A stretch of DNA of 38,354 nt, taken from assembly GCF_001194135.2 (NCBI RefSeq), contig NC_069007.1, forward strand, positions 2,553,347 to 2,591,700, given 5' to 3'. The stretch comes from Octopus bimaculoides. Taxonomy: Eukaryota. Shown here piece after piece: positions 1 through 10,745 of this stretch (the first letter of the stretch is position 1; every line of letters starts with the position of its first letter). The position numbers were made by a program, and so were the translations under genes. Below the pieces are notes generated by a model. That model did not search any database. It was given only the letters and a program-made list of their open reading frames with translations, and was not told where the DNA came from.

Positions 1-34
<34 letters not shown>

Positions 35-130
35 ATACATATATATATATATACATATATCTACACACACACACACATATATATATGTGTGCATGTATGT
101 ATGTATTTATGTATACAATTATGTATATAT
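1..130. repeat. (TA)n/(CA)n/(TATG)n compound microsatellite
   Basis: Directly visible short-period repeats. Confidence 0.95.
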
Positions 131-420
131 GCGTCTTATTGTATAATTTATGTTAATATTCATCTAATTTATGTGTGCTTAGCCTTTTGTGTCATTAAGT
201 TGTTAAAACTAATTAGATTTGTCTGGCCAACATATATCAGCCAATCTAACGCTTTAGAGAGGGACCTTTATTCTGCATATGTCACTTAACCTATCAGATA
301 ACGTTTTTTCGCGACAGAAAGTGACGTTCACGTGGCCGCCCATTCCTTCTTTATATGTATGACGGATGATTTGACTAAGTATTTTACCAACAAAATGTTT
401 TTCTTGCTTTCTTTACTTAT

Positions 421-585
421 ATATGATGGGCTTCTTTCAGTTTTTGTCTTCCAAAACCACTCACAAGTCTTTGGTCACTCTTGGGGTATAAGTGGAAGAT
501 ACTTGACCAAGTTGCCACACGATGATACTTAACCGAGGAACCTGTGGTTGGAATATAAATTTCTCATCACAGAGTCACAGCTGTA
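421..585 (-). mobile_element. SINE family C, decayed head and body
   Basis: GGGCTTCTTTCAGTTT...CACTCACAAG...TGTGGTTGGAA...TCAC aligns by eye with copies at 9031, 13293 and 15543-15690. Confidence 0.75.
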
Positions 586-1861
586 CATATTATATATATG
601 CCTATAGAGAGAGACCCATGGATCTATCTATGGATAGATAGATAGATACATACATACATACATACATACATACATACATACATAAATATATATAGAGAGT
701 GAGGGGATGAGGGAGGGAGAGCGTTAGAGAGAGATGTAAATACAGTCTGCCGTATATATTCCCAGGATACATAGCATCTTCATCAATATCAATAACCCGT
801 CAACTACATTATTATTTGAAATTGGGTGTACATCCTTCCTACTTCACCAAAAAACAGCAACTAACAATTCAGCAATTCCACAATGAAGTTAAACAATTAG
901 GTTCACCCTTACGGGAGACCTTCAACAGATGATTAACAAAGCGACTTACGTCTAACAGGGATCAAAAATGATTAAATCGAACAGAAAAAAACATTGTTAA
1001 CTCCCCGCTGACAGTTCACTCACAATTGTCATTTATTGCCATCGGTTAGTCCACCTTCTTTCATGTGGGTGTGTTCAGGATTCTCCAAATTATAACACTC
1101 TCTTATTCCCTCTCTAGTGTGTTGTATGCAATCAACCAGGTTCTTTTTTTTTTCCATTCCTTGACATCAGCAGTCCACAAACATCTTTAGTTGGGAAGCA
1201 ACGATGTAGATTTTATGCGGTGTGTCGTTCTGCTAGAAACAACAGACAATTCTCTATCGCATCACAACCTAACGTCTTAGAAAACGAAGAAAAGTGATGT
1301 AAATAAAGACAAGGCCATTTGGTGTATTCTATAACACGAGAAAGCAAAAAAAAAATCAAGAGAAGAGTTAATTTTTGCCTATTCGAACGCTTTTAATATT
1401 ACGCAAACTTAAACCAACTGAAGAACGACGAGAATTACGACAACGTTAACAGCAACGATACAGCAAAAATGGGACAGAGCGAAGAATGAAGAGCAAACGT
1501 GTTATTCAGTACTTTCCTAATGACAGTCGCTGTAGATTGAGAGAACGAACTAATACTTTCACTATTGTCACTAATCATACTGATTCAACAATTTCATTAA
1601 ATTGTTGTCTTGTTTTCTGCTTGTTACTAAGAAATAATTGATTGGATTTTAAACAGAAAATGATTAAAACCAAGATTCACTTAAACTGTCTCAGACAACA
1701 AAACAGAAACTATTTCTCTCGTTTCATGAAATCTAAAACTGAATAGCTTAGAAATAAATTATGAAGATGTGAATAATGAAGCTTCTATGTTGACAGTGGA
1801 TGCGAGAAATAGCAGTCAACTCTTCGGCAATTTACACAGACCTTTTTTTTTTCTTTTAAAG

Positions 1862-2096
1862 AATATACTCAACCAAGTCGCCTGTGTTAATAACATTTGA
1901 AAAGGAGAAGGTCATTAGGCGACTGGGCGCTGCTCATTTAACTGGTTTTGATGAGAGTTCTTTTTTGGCACTGGCGACAAACACACACATATTCACACGC
2001 AGATGATTGAGTAGGAATATGCACGTCGAGACTCAGGCATTTTGAGAGGAAGAAGAGGAGAAACACATTATAATTCCATGACTGAAAACGGTTCAC
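1862..2096 (+). other. Candidate exon, 5'UTR plus possible start ATG 2078 (MTENGS)
   Basis: Poly-T acceptor TTTTTTTTTTCTTTTAAAG ending 1861; donor CAC|GTAAGC at 2097; unique sequence. No homology support. Confidence 0.3.
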
Positions 2097-2499
2097 GTAA
2101 GCAACCATAGATATAAAGAGAACAATTCTCACACATATACAGAGAGAGGCGGTTGGGGGAAAAACAAGGGAAGCATTAAAACGTCTGATATTAAATAGTT
2201 CAGCGTTGAATCAGCGATGCCAAGTATGATTCTTAATGCATCGTTATTGAGGGTCTGTTTCTGAAGTTTCAAGGTTTGTGGTGTGTAGAGTAACCGCCTA
2301 GCCATTATCGATTGCAGGTCGACTCTAATTACACAAGTCGTTCTTGTCAGGTCTACACCTTTCGGTTCACTAGCATGTGTAATGTCAATCCGTCCGATCG
2401 CCTGAATTCAGAAATATTCTTGTTCGGTGACGGAAAGCTTAGTAAAAGCACGAGTAGTGAGGGACCCCTAACTGTTTTCACAGCATCCGGCTGGGATAG

Positions 2500-2578
2500 A
2501 GAAACTCAGAACGTAAGCCGAACCACATGCTGTTAAGCATTTTGTCCAGAACGGTAACGATTCTGCCGGCTCGCCGCC
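2500..2578 (-). mobile_element. SINE family B, head fragment
   Basis: AACTCAGAACGTAA...CTAAGCATT...AACGATTCTGCCGGCTCGCCGCC is the reverse complement of the family B head seen at 12078 and 25045. Confidence 0.8.
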
Positions 2579-2721
2579 TCACATTATCTAACAGAATGTA
2601 TATTAAAAGAAATCATTCTGTGTATGTCTGCGAAATAGAAATTCCAAGAAATGATGTGGTATATAATACACGCATATTTGTGCATATTTAGGAAATTATG
2701 CAGGCTACATTCTCTCACATG

Positions 2722-2836
2722 GAATTGGTCAGTCCCGGAATATAGAGAAGACACTAGCCGAGGTTGCCGCGTAGTGGGAATGAAGCCAAAGCCACGCGTT
2801 TGCAAAGTTAGTTTCTTACCCAATCACAAAGCCACA
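2722..2836 (-). mobile_element. SINE family C fragment
   Basis: AGAAGACACT...GTAGTGGGAATGAAGCC...TTTCTTACC matches the other family C copies. Confidence 0.65.
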
Positions 2837-2893
2837 GTAAGTTCATATAAGTAGAAATTTGGAAAATTTTAAAATACTGTACGCAATGTGCAT

Positions 2894-3113
2894 CACGAGA
2901 GTTTTCTGAAAAATTCCTGGCTTTCGGTAAGAGGAAATAGAGGAGAATCATTAATTGTGATTTTATGCAACATATTCCAGTCTCAGATTCAAACACTTAT
3001 TGCAGCAGCCCTTCAGTTTTTAAAAGCCTTGTTAAAGAACGCTGAAGGTTGGGCCTCCATCAAGACCTTTCACGATACCCTTAAAGCCAGGTAATTTTCA
3101 GCACCCCCTCGTA
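2894..3113. mobile_element. Tc1/mariner-type MITE (~220 bp)
   Basis: Left CACGAGAGTTTTCTGAAAAATTCCTGGCTTT versus right-end reverse complement TACGAGGGGGTGCTGAAAATTACCTGGCTTT. The TACGAGGG terminus resembles the mariner-derived element at 29677. Confidence 0.75.
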
Positions 3114-3712
3114 CATACAAATGAAAGTCTTTGGCTTTTAAGTTCCACCGATTAGTGCCCTGGTACTCAGATATAATGGTAACACTTTTTTGAATAGAAT
3201 TTATATTGGATTTTGCGCAACATTGTAGCCAATTTGTACAAAAACCAAAATCATTTTCAACTCATTTTTATTTTAATATTTTTTCTCCATGACAATCAAT
3301 TCTCCATCCTGTGAGTGATCCAATATCTATGACTTGCCTTCAACAGACAACTATAAAATAAAATAACACTTGTTGTTCATACATTCAAATGTTCACAAAA
3401 GCATAAAATATGTGTGCTCGGAGAAATATTAAAATAAAAATAAAAAAACAAAGACCGGAACAGCGAAAGGAATAAAAATGTAAATTTGTTTCATGTAGTT
3501 GATTAAAGAATACAACGTTCGCAATGTCCTGCGGTTACAATTAAATGCCACAGTCTTGTTATAACGACATCATAGCGAGAGTTTACACATCAATTCACGT
3601 GTGTTTTCTTCTATGGTGTCTACTTTAATGGGAACGTTCATAAAATTCCTCTGATATGATCATTATGTTTTACTAATAAGATATTTAGATGTGTTTCCCC
3701 CACACTTCTTAG

Positions 3713-3779
3713 GATGCGAGATGCGAAGCTAAACGTTGAACAAGGCAGTTAATGACAAGCTGATAAATGATCAATCTAG
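3713..3779 (+). other. Candidate non-coding (UTR or lncRNA) exon, 67 nt
   Basis: Branch-like TACTAAT 3671-3677, pyrimidine tract TTTCCCCCACACTTCTTAG, donor TAG|GTACGC at 3780; stops in all three frames. Confidence 0.3.
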
Positions 3780-3799
3780 GTACGCACCGCCACATATAC

Positions 3800-4663
3800 T
3801 GAATGTGTGTGAATGGGTGTATGAATGTGTGTATGAATATGTGTATGTGTCTATATGTGTGCGTATATATACAAACACGCGCACGCAGACACAAACACAC
3901 ACGTATACATATATATTAGTTCATCTATGTATATAATTACGTATTTGTATGCATTTATATATATATATATATATATGTATACTTGTATTCTCATATGTAT
4001 ATGCATATAGAGGTGTGCTGTTTAAAAGGAATATGCGTATATATATATATATATATGTGTGTGTATATATGTATAAATATATATATATATACATGTATAT
4101 ATATATATGTATGTATATGTATATATATGTATGTATATGTATATATAAATATATATGTATATACATATACATATAAATATATATGTATATACATATACAT
4201 ATAAATATATATGTATATACATATACATNNNNNNNNNNNNNNNNNNNNNNNNNNNNNNNNNNNNNNNNNNNNNNNNNNNNNNNNNNNNNNNNNNNNNNNN
4301 NNNNNNNNNNNNNNNNNNNNNNNNNNNNNNNNNNNNNNNNNNNNNNNNNNNNNNNNNNNNNNNNNNNNNNNNNNNNNNNNNNNNNNNNNNNNNNNNNNNN
4401 NNNNNNNNNNNNNNNNNNNNNNNNNNNNNNNNNNNNNNNNNNNNNNNNNNNNNNNNNNNNNNNNNNNNNNNNNNNNNNNNNNNNNNNNNNNNNNNNNNNN
4501 NNNNNNNNNNNNNNNNNNNNNNNNNNNNNNNNNNNNNNNNNNNNNNNNNNNNNNNNNNNNNNNNNNNNNNNNNNNNNNNNNNNNNNNNNNNNNNNNNNNN
4601 NNNNNNNNNNNNNNNNNNNNNNNNNNNNNNNNNNNNNNNNNNNNNNNNNNNNNNATATACACA

Positions 4664-4704
<41 letters not shown>

Positions 4705-4755
4705 TATAGGTATGTATGTATGCATGCGTATGCATTATTACAGATAGATAGATAG
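3800..4755. repeat. TA/TG/GATA microsatellites around a gap (N 4229-4654)
   Basis: Visible repeats, including a 28-bp period unit ATATGTATATACATATACATATAAATAT just before the gap. Confidence 0.95.
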
Positions 4756-5398
4756 ATAGATTGACTTGGCGAGGGAAGTATTCATCGCTTACGTATATCC
4801 TCTTCTTTCCCTTTTCAATTAAGCCCTTCTATATTCCCTTTCTACCAATTTTCGCACCCTCTCTCTGATTTTTATGTCCTTCTAACTACGCTTTGCCTAC
4901 ATGCATCTCGGAATCCAAAACCTTTCTGCCTTACGACCTCCTGATTTTCTACACATCAAAAAAAACCTGACGCTACTATTTTCGTTTGCCAACCACGTGT
5001 TATAGTACGACAACTCTATGAAATTTTTCCTCTTATTTAAAAACAAACTTTTTCCCCTGCTCGCACAAATTACTCAGCGTCCGTCTTTGTTGTGTTTTAC
5101 ATAAATCCAAAACCTGCCGTCTGAGTAGCATAAAGCGTAACGATATTACATGAAACTTGCAGTATTGCTTAATCGATTAACAGAATGATTATCATTATGT
5201 TAATGACTCACTCTTTAATATAGTTCAGCGCTCTTAATATTTTGATATACACCATAACCGATCACATTTGACGATACGCAGATGTACATCCGTATATAAA
5301 CATATATTTTAATATTCATGCGTTTATCTCTCTCTTTCTTTGTTTCTCTCTCTTCCTCTTTGTGTGTCTGTCTCTCTTCCTCTTTCTCTCAGTAACTC

Positions 5399-5437
<39 letters not shown>

Positions 5438-5550
5438 GTCAACAAACTTTATTAAAGAGTGAATATCAATCATTAAACTTGTAAAATTTCGCCAAAAGCA
5501 CCAGATAAACAACATCTCCAAATCGAATTTGTAAAAATGCTCTTGAAAAA

Positions 5551-5910
5551 TCGGACTGTAATCTATTTATGCCAACAGAATGTGGCGGTCCTATAAAGGA
5601 CGATGTTACTGTTGTTTTAGCCTCAGGAAAACATCTCTTCCAGTTATCTGTCGACACACAGTTTGTGTCCATAGAGCATTTTGTAAGGAAAGCCATAGCT
5701 CCCATCTCTAGCCTTAAGTGATGTTCACAGACCTAGGTTTCTGGATGATATCCATCCTCAGTGTGACACAACGACCAGTTAGTGCTATACGGGCACAAAC
5801 TGTGAGTCGAGAACCAGCTGGAAAAAATGTTTACCCGGGGCTAAAGCAACGGTATCATTGTCCTTTACAGAACTGCCACATTCTGTTGGCATATAAACAT
5901 TACAATCTGG
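5551..5910. mobile_element. Foldback element or long-TIR MITE (arms ~130 bp, spacer ~100 bp)
   Basis: 5570 TGCCAACAGAATGTGGCGGTCCTATAAAGGACGATG... matches the reverse complement of sequence ending 5891 (TGCCAACAGAATGTGGCAGTTCTGTAAAGGACAATG...). Similarity extends over 5551-5680 versus 5781-5910. Confidence 0.9.
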
Positions 5911-6451
5911 TACTGTTATTATATATATATCTCTCTCACAGATGCTAATGAAGTAAAACGGAGAAAAATAATCTTAGATAGTGCAGAAAATTTTAATTTT
6001 ATCTTATTTTATTTTTGTCTTTGGTTAGTAGGTGTTATTTCGTATTTGCTTCAATCTAGAAATCAAAGGAAATGACTATTATTCCCTTCACACGTTGCTT
6101 CGGTGATCTGGACATCAATGTTTTGAAACTGATCTATTTTCCATTACATTTCAGACAGATTCGGCGCCGAGTTGCCGAAGCAGAAACATTGTGATAACAA
6201 ATATTTTCTTCAGTACGACAGATATGCTTGTCAGTTGTTTGACCTTAACGACTTGAGCATGTCCCTTACTGTTTAATAATGTGTGAATCTCTGATCATGA
6301 GCAGGAGTAGTGGCAGGGTACCATACCCATATGTTGAGAGGGTTTCTTTGGAGATTGAATAAATCTAACATAAGCAAAGGTTGAAGGAAATATTAGCCAT
6401 TTTTCATACTTTTTAAGGGTTAGCAAATAGAAAATAAAAGTTATTAACCAC

Positions 6452-7146
6452 GGACAATATTCGTGTTACTTGTTATTTGAGAGGGAAAGGATTCAGCATA
6501 GATCGTTGTTGGCCCTTCGTCGCTTACGACGACGAGGGTTCCAGTTGATCCGATCAACGGAACAGCCTGCTCGTGAAGTTAACGTGCAATTGGCTGAGCA
6601 CTCTACAGACACGTGTACCCTTAACGTAGTTCTCGGGGATATTCAGCGTGACACAGTGTGACAAGGCTGACCCTTTGAATTACAGGCACAACAGAAACAG
6701 GAAGTAAGAGTGAGAGAAAGTTGTGGTGGAAAAGTACAGCAGGGTTCGCCAACATCCCCTGCCAGAGCCTCGTGGAGCTTTAGGTGTTTTCGCTCTATAA
6801 ACACTCACAACGCCCGGTCTGGGAATCGAAACCGCGATCCTATGACCGCGAGTCCGCTGCCCTAACCACTGGGCCATTGCGCCTCCACGCATAGATCGTA
6901 TAAAGCAGCAATTCGGAAGAGGGAAGCAAGCAGTGGCTTACTCTTCTTATATGAAGACATGATCGTATGAATCAGGCCCAGGAACCGCGAGAAGTTGGTT
7001 TGAACTGCAGCATTTGTGGTACAGTGATGAAGTCGAAAGCTGACATGAAGAATCATCTATAACGAAAGGAAGGAGGCGAAGCACAAAGAATTCCTTGATG
7101 TCTTTGTCGGAGAAGAGGTGACAACAAATAATGTATGTATATGTGC
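6452..7146 (+). pseudogene. Decayed 3' end of an RTE-like LINE ORF2, interrupted by a SINE
   Basis: Removing the SINE restores LFERERIQHRS|YKAAIRKRE; after a frameshift, LNCSICGTVMKSKADMKNHL* (CxxC...H, 7006-7056); TATG-type tail near 7130. The clade call is from recalled RTE C-terminal motifs. Confidence 0.55.
6507..6888 (-). mobile_element. Full-length tRNA-derived SINE (family A) with 11-bp TSD
   Basis: Minus-strand head GGAGGCGCAATGGCCCAGTGGTTAGGGCAGCGGACTCGCGGTCATAGGATCGCGGTTTCGATTCCC with A box TGGCCCAGTGG and B box GGTTTCGATTCC; TSD GCATAGATCGT at 6496-6506 and 6889-6899. Confidence 0.92.
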
Positions 7147-8354
7147 TACGAGGACAGGAATATCTTGAAAAGCTATAAGCCCCGCTACACAGACTAGCAA
7201 TAAACATAGAAGACTTCGTTGAATATAACAGAATATGTGCTATTAATATTTAATAATTAATGACACGATCAAAATTGTTTTTGAAGCTGAAGAACAGAAA
7301 ATGATAGAGAGGCGAATATAAAAGAAACAATGCATTCATGCAATACAATAATTAATCAAATCTCCTGCAAAACAAAACACAAACAAAGCAAAATGCACAC
7401 ACACATAAACAATAATATATATATATATATATATATANNNNNNNNNNNNNNNNNNNNNNNNNNNNNNNNNNNNNNNNNNNNNNNNNNNNNNNNNNNNNNN
7501 NNNNNNNNNNNNNNNNNNNNNNNNNNNNNNNNNNNNNNNNNNNNNNNNNNNNNNNNNNNNNNNNNNNNNNNNNNNNNNNNNNNNNNNNNNNNNNNNNNNN
7601 NNNNNNNNNNNNNNNNNNNNNNNNNNNNNNNNNNNNNNNNNNNNNNNNNNNNNNNNNNNNNNNNNNNNNNNNNNNNNNNNNNNNNNNNNNNNNNNNNNNN
7701 NNNNNNNNNNNNNNNNNNNNNNNNNNNNNNNNNNNNNNNNNNNNNNNNNNNNNNNNNNNNNNNNNNNNNNNNNNNNNNNNNNNNNNNNNNNNNNNNNNNN
7801 NNNNNNNNNNNNNNNNNNNNNNNNNNNNNNNNNNNNNNNNNNNNNNNNNNNNNNNNNNNNNNNNNNNNNNNNNNNNNNNNNNNNNNNNNNNNNNNNNNNN
7901 NNNNNNNNNNNNNNNNNNNNNNNNNNNNNNNNNNNNNNNNNNNNNNNNNNNNNNNNNNNNNNNNNNNNNNNNNNNNNNNNNNNNNNNNNNNNNNNNNNNN
8001 NNNNNNNNNNNNNNNNNNNNNNNNNNNNNNNNNNNNNNNNNNNNNNNNNNNNNNNNNNNNNNNNNNNNNNNNNNNNNNNNNNNNNNNNNNNNNNNNNNNN
8101 NNNNNNNNNNNNNNNNNNNNNNNNNNNNNNNNNNNNNNNNNNNNNNNNNNNNNNNNNNNNNNNNNNNNNNNNNNNNNNNNNNNNNNNNNNNNNNNNNNNN
8201 NNNNNNNNNNNNNNNNNNNNNNNNNNNNNNNNNNNNNNNNNNNNNNNNNNNNNNNNNNNNNNNNNNNNNNNNNNNNNATTTTCTACAAATCCATTTCTTA
8301 TATTTTTTCTGTTTTCATATTTTCAAATATAATACGATTTATAGCTGTGGAAAA

Positions 8355-8397
8355 CTACCACTATTCTTGCTACTACTACTACCACTACTACCACTAC

Positions 8398-8428
<31 letters not shown>

Positions 8429-8430
8429 AA
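8355..8430. repeat. (CTA/CCA)n-(GAA)n microsatellite
   Basis: Visible; source of the spurious poly-Arg ORF. Confidence 0.95.
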
Positions 8431-8432
8431 AA

Positions 8433-8653
8433 ATTGTCTTTTGTACTATAGGCATACGGGCTGAAATTTGGGGGAAGGTAGAGGATAAGTCGATTATGTT
8501 GACCCCAGTGTTTCACTGGTACTTAATTTATCGACCCCGAAAGAATGAAAGGCAAAGTCGACCCTCGGTGGAATTTGAACTCAGAACGTAACAACGAGCG
8601 ACATGCAGCTAAGTATTTCACTCGGCGTGCTAACGATTCTGCCAGCTCTCCGA
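8433..8653 (-). mobile_element. SINE family B (Nin/Deu-like core)
   Basis: GGTACTTAATTTATCGACCCCGAAAGAATGAAAGGCAAAGTCGAC...GGAATTTGAACTC; B box GAGTTCAAATTCC on the minus strand. Confidence 0.88.
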
Positions 8654-8660
8654 CTTTTGA

Positions 8661-8883
8661 ATATAATAATGATCCTTTCAACTGTGGGTGCAAGGCCTGA
8701 AATTTGGGGGAGGGACCAATCGATTACATCCACTCCAGTATGCAACTGGTACTTAATTTATCGAACCCGAAATAATGAAAAGTAAAGTCGACCTCGACGG
8801 AATTTGGACTCAGAACGTACCGATGTGTGAAATACCGCTAAGGATTTCGCCCTGCGTCCTAACAATTCTGCCAGGTCGGCGCC
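8661..8883 (-). mobile_element. SINE family B, second tandem copy
   Basis: Same tail, core and head order, directly abutting the previous copy. Confidence 0.88.
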
Positions 8884-9030
8884 TTAAGAATAAGAATAAT
8901 AACTGCTGTGAATTGACACAATTGTCATGCGTAGTTGGCGACGCACACAAGCACAGAGCCACATAAACGCACACAGACGTCCAAGCAAACACACATACAC
9001 AAACACACACATAAACATATGCACATATAT

Positions 9031-9196
9031 GCATGACGAGCTTCATTCAGTTTCCATCAACCAAATCCACTCACAAGGCCCGCTGCTGTATCAGATGACA
9101 CTTTCTCCGCACAAAATGATGCGCAACAGTGATACTGAACCCATACCAAATGGTAGCAAAGCGAGCTTCACTAACCATACAGCCATGCCTGCGCCT
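9031..9196 (-). mobile_element. SINE family C head and body
   Basis: CAAATCCACTCACAAGGC...ACTGAACCC...AGCCATGCCTGCGCCT. Confidence 0.75.
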
Positions 9197-9479
9197 ACAA
9201 GAAACAAATCTCCGTTGTACAGTCAAACAAAAGAAAGGCGAGTCACATAAATTAATTGGGAATTCAGAAGAAATCTAACATCTTTGGTGAACGGCTTCGG
9301 CCATTGGTAAGTTAGAACAGAGATGGCCTAAAGCTAAACACAACAACAATGGTATCAATGACAAGAACTATAATGGAACGAATAACGGTTATTGTCAAGG
9401 CCAGCTGACGAATTTTTTTCTTTTTAAGAGCATGGTAACATTCTGTGAGAGTATGATAAATATATTAGATTTACACATA

Positions 9480-9570
9480 AACACATACACAGACGCAGAC
9501 GTGCACATGAATGCATACAGTTACAAACAAGCACATGCACGCATATATAGAAAGACAGAGATAGATAGAC

Positions 9571-9637
<67 letters not shown>

Positions 9638-9638
9638 C

Positions 9639-9671
<33 letters not shown>

Positions 9672-9850
9672 TCTTTCTTTTATTAGCCACACAGGGCTGC
9701 ACACAGAGAGGACAAATACAACTGTAGATACATAGATAGATAGATAGTTACAGAGTGAGATACATACATACATACATACATACATACATGCATAGAGAGA
9801 GAGAGACAGACAGACAGACAGATAGATAGAGACATGTTCATATGTGAAAT
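9480..9850. repeat. (GATA)n/(CATA)n/(GACA)n microsatellites
   Basis: Visible. Confidence 0.95.
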
Positions 9851-9894
9851 TGTGTAGGTGTGTATAAGTGTGTGTTTGCTTGTGTATGTTTCAG

Positions 9895-9960
9895 GGAGGG
9901 GGTATTGGTGCGCGTAATTTACGCCAGTGTTGACGGACGGAGAGAAAACAGAGTTAAACC
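9895..9960 (+). CDS. Candidate internal coding exon, 66 nt, phase 2-2, EGVLVRVIYASVDGRRENRVKP
   Basis: Acceptor TGTGTATGTTTCAG ending 9894, consensus donor GTAAGT at 9961, length divisible by 3, exactly one open frame, CpG-rich unique sequence among microsatellites. Product not identified. Confidence 0.5.
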
Positions 9961-10123
9961 GTAAGTAGTGCATAAATAATTCGATTCACTCAAAACCAGT
10001 CAATAAAGTTTCCAAAAGTCTGAATTGCTAAATTATGTCTAGGAACAGAAATGTTATCCTCCGGGTTCTTTTCTTCTAGTCATTCTGTCATTTTTATTTA
10101 GTGTATACATTTCACACAAACAC

Positions 10124-10159
<36 letters not shown>

Positions 10160-10164
10160 TATAT

Positions 10165-10365
10165 GTGTATATAAGAGAGAGAGAGAGAGAGAGAAAGACA
10201 TACATATCTACATATACCCATATATGCATGTATATACGTATATATATATGCGTGTGTGTGTATATAAGAGAGAGAGAGAGAGAGAGAAAGACATACATAT
10301 CTACATATACCCATATATGCATGTATATACGTATATATATATATATATATATATATGCGTGTGTG
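10165..10365. repeat. 93-bp tandem duplication of a compound microsatellite block
   Basis: GTGTATATAAG(AG)nAAAGACATACATATCTACATATACCCATATATGCATG starts at both 10165 and 10258. Confidence 0.9.
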
Positions 10366-10444
10366 TGTATGTATATATATATATATATTAATAGTAATGG
10401 TAAGACAACAAATAATACAGTTGCTTGTTGTTTATACACATTAT

Positions 10445-10530
10445 ACGCCACATGCCCGTGGGCATATAGCTTAGTGGTTAAGTGCGCGGGCTTCTAAGCC
10501 CATGATTCCGAGTTCGGTTCAAGGCAGTGA

Positions 10531-10572
<42 letters not shown>

Positions 10573-10745
10573 CAACAACAACAACAACAACAACATCGAA
10601 AAATACCTTAGGAATGAGAACCCAGGTTCTGAATTTCCCCAAGATACCTGATGAAGGCTGGAGGGTATATCAGCCGAAACGTTGTGTTAACAACAAACAA
10701 GATGAAGACAAACATCCGTCAAATGTAGATAATGTAAATAATGTG
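10445..10745 (+). mobile_element. tRNA-headed SINE (family D) with internal (AAT)n(AAC)n and Penelope-like 3' tail
   Basis: A box TAGCTTAGTGG (10467), loop CTTCTAA, B-box-like GAGTTCGGTTC (10510), microsatellite 10535-10595, hammerhead motif, AATGTAAAT-like terminal repeats. A tail fragment recurs at 30744-30777. Confidence 0.85.
10643..10688 (+). ncRNA. Minimal type I hammerhead ribozyme motif (Penelope-like)
   Basis: Stem I GATAC 10643-47 with GTGTT 10684-88; core CTGATGA 10648-54 plus an extra A; stem II GGCTG/CAGCC; GAAA 10676-79; palindromic ACGT in place of stem III; GUU cleavage triplet 10681-83. Confidence 0.7.

Noticed and set aside
321-340. TGACGT and CACGTGG motif pair
   Set aside because: Two short motifs without supporting promoter context.
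944-990. Minus-strand AG-AC-GTAAGT, and AG-C-GTAAGT near 17522-17531
   Set aside because: Exons of 1-2 nt are implausible without transcript data and such matches are expected by chance.
1024-1160. Possible L2/Crack LINE remnant on the minus strand (YNTLERE*ESVIIWRILN)
   Set aside because: Similarity to the SLERRR...IWKIL motif is too short and degenerate to call by eye.
6810-6888. Functional tRNA gene (also the heads at 10460-10530 and family B and C heads)
   Set aside because: The A and B boxes continue into SINE bodies and tails, with a TSD in one case, and no proper acceptor stem forms.
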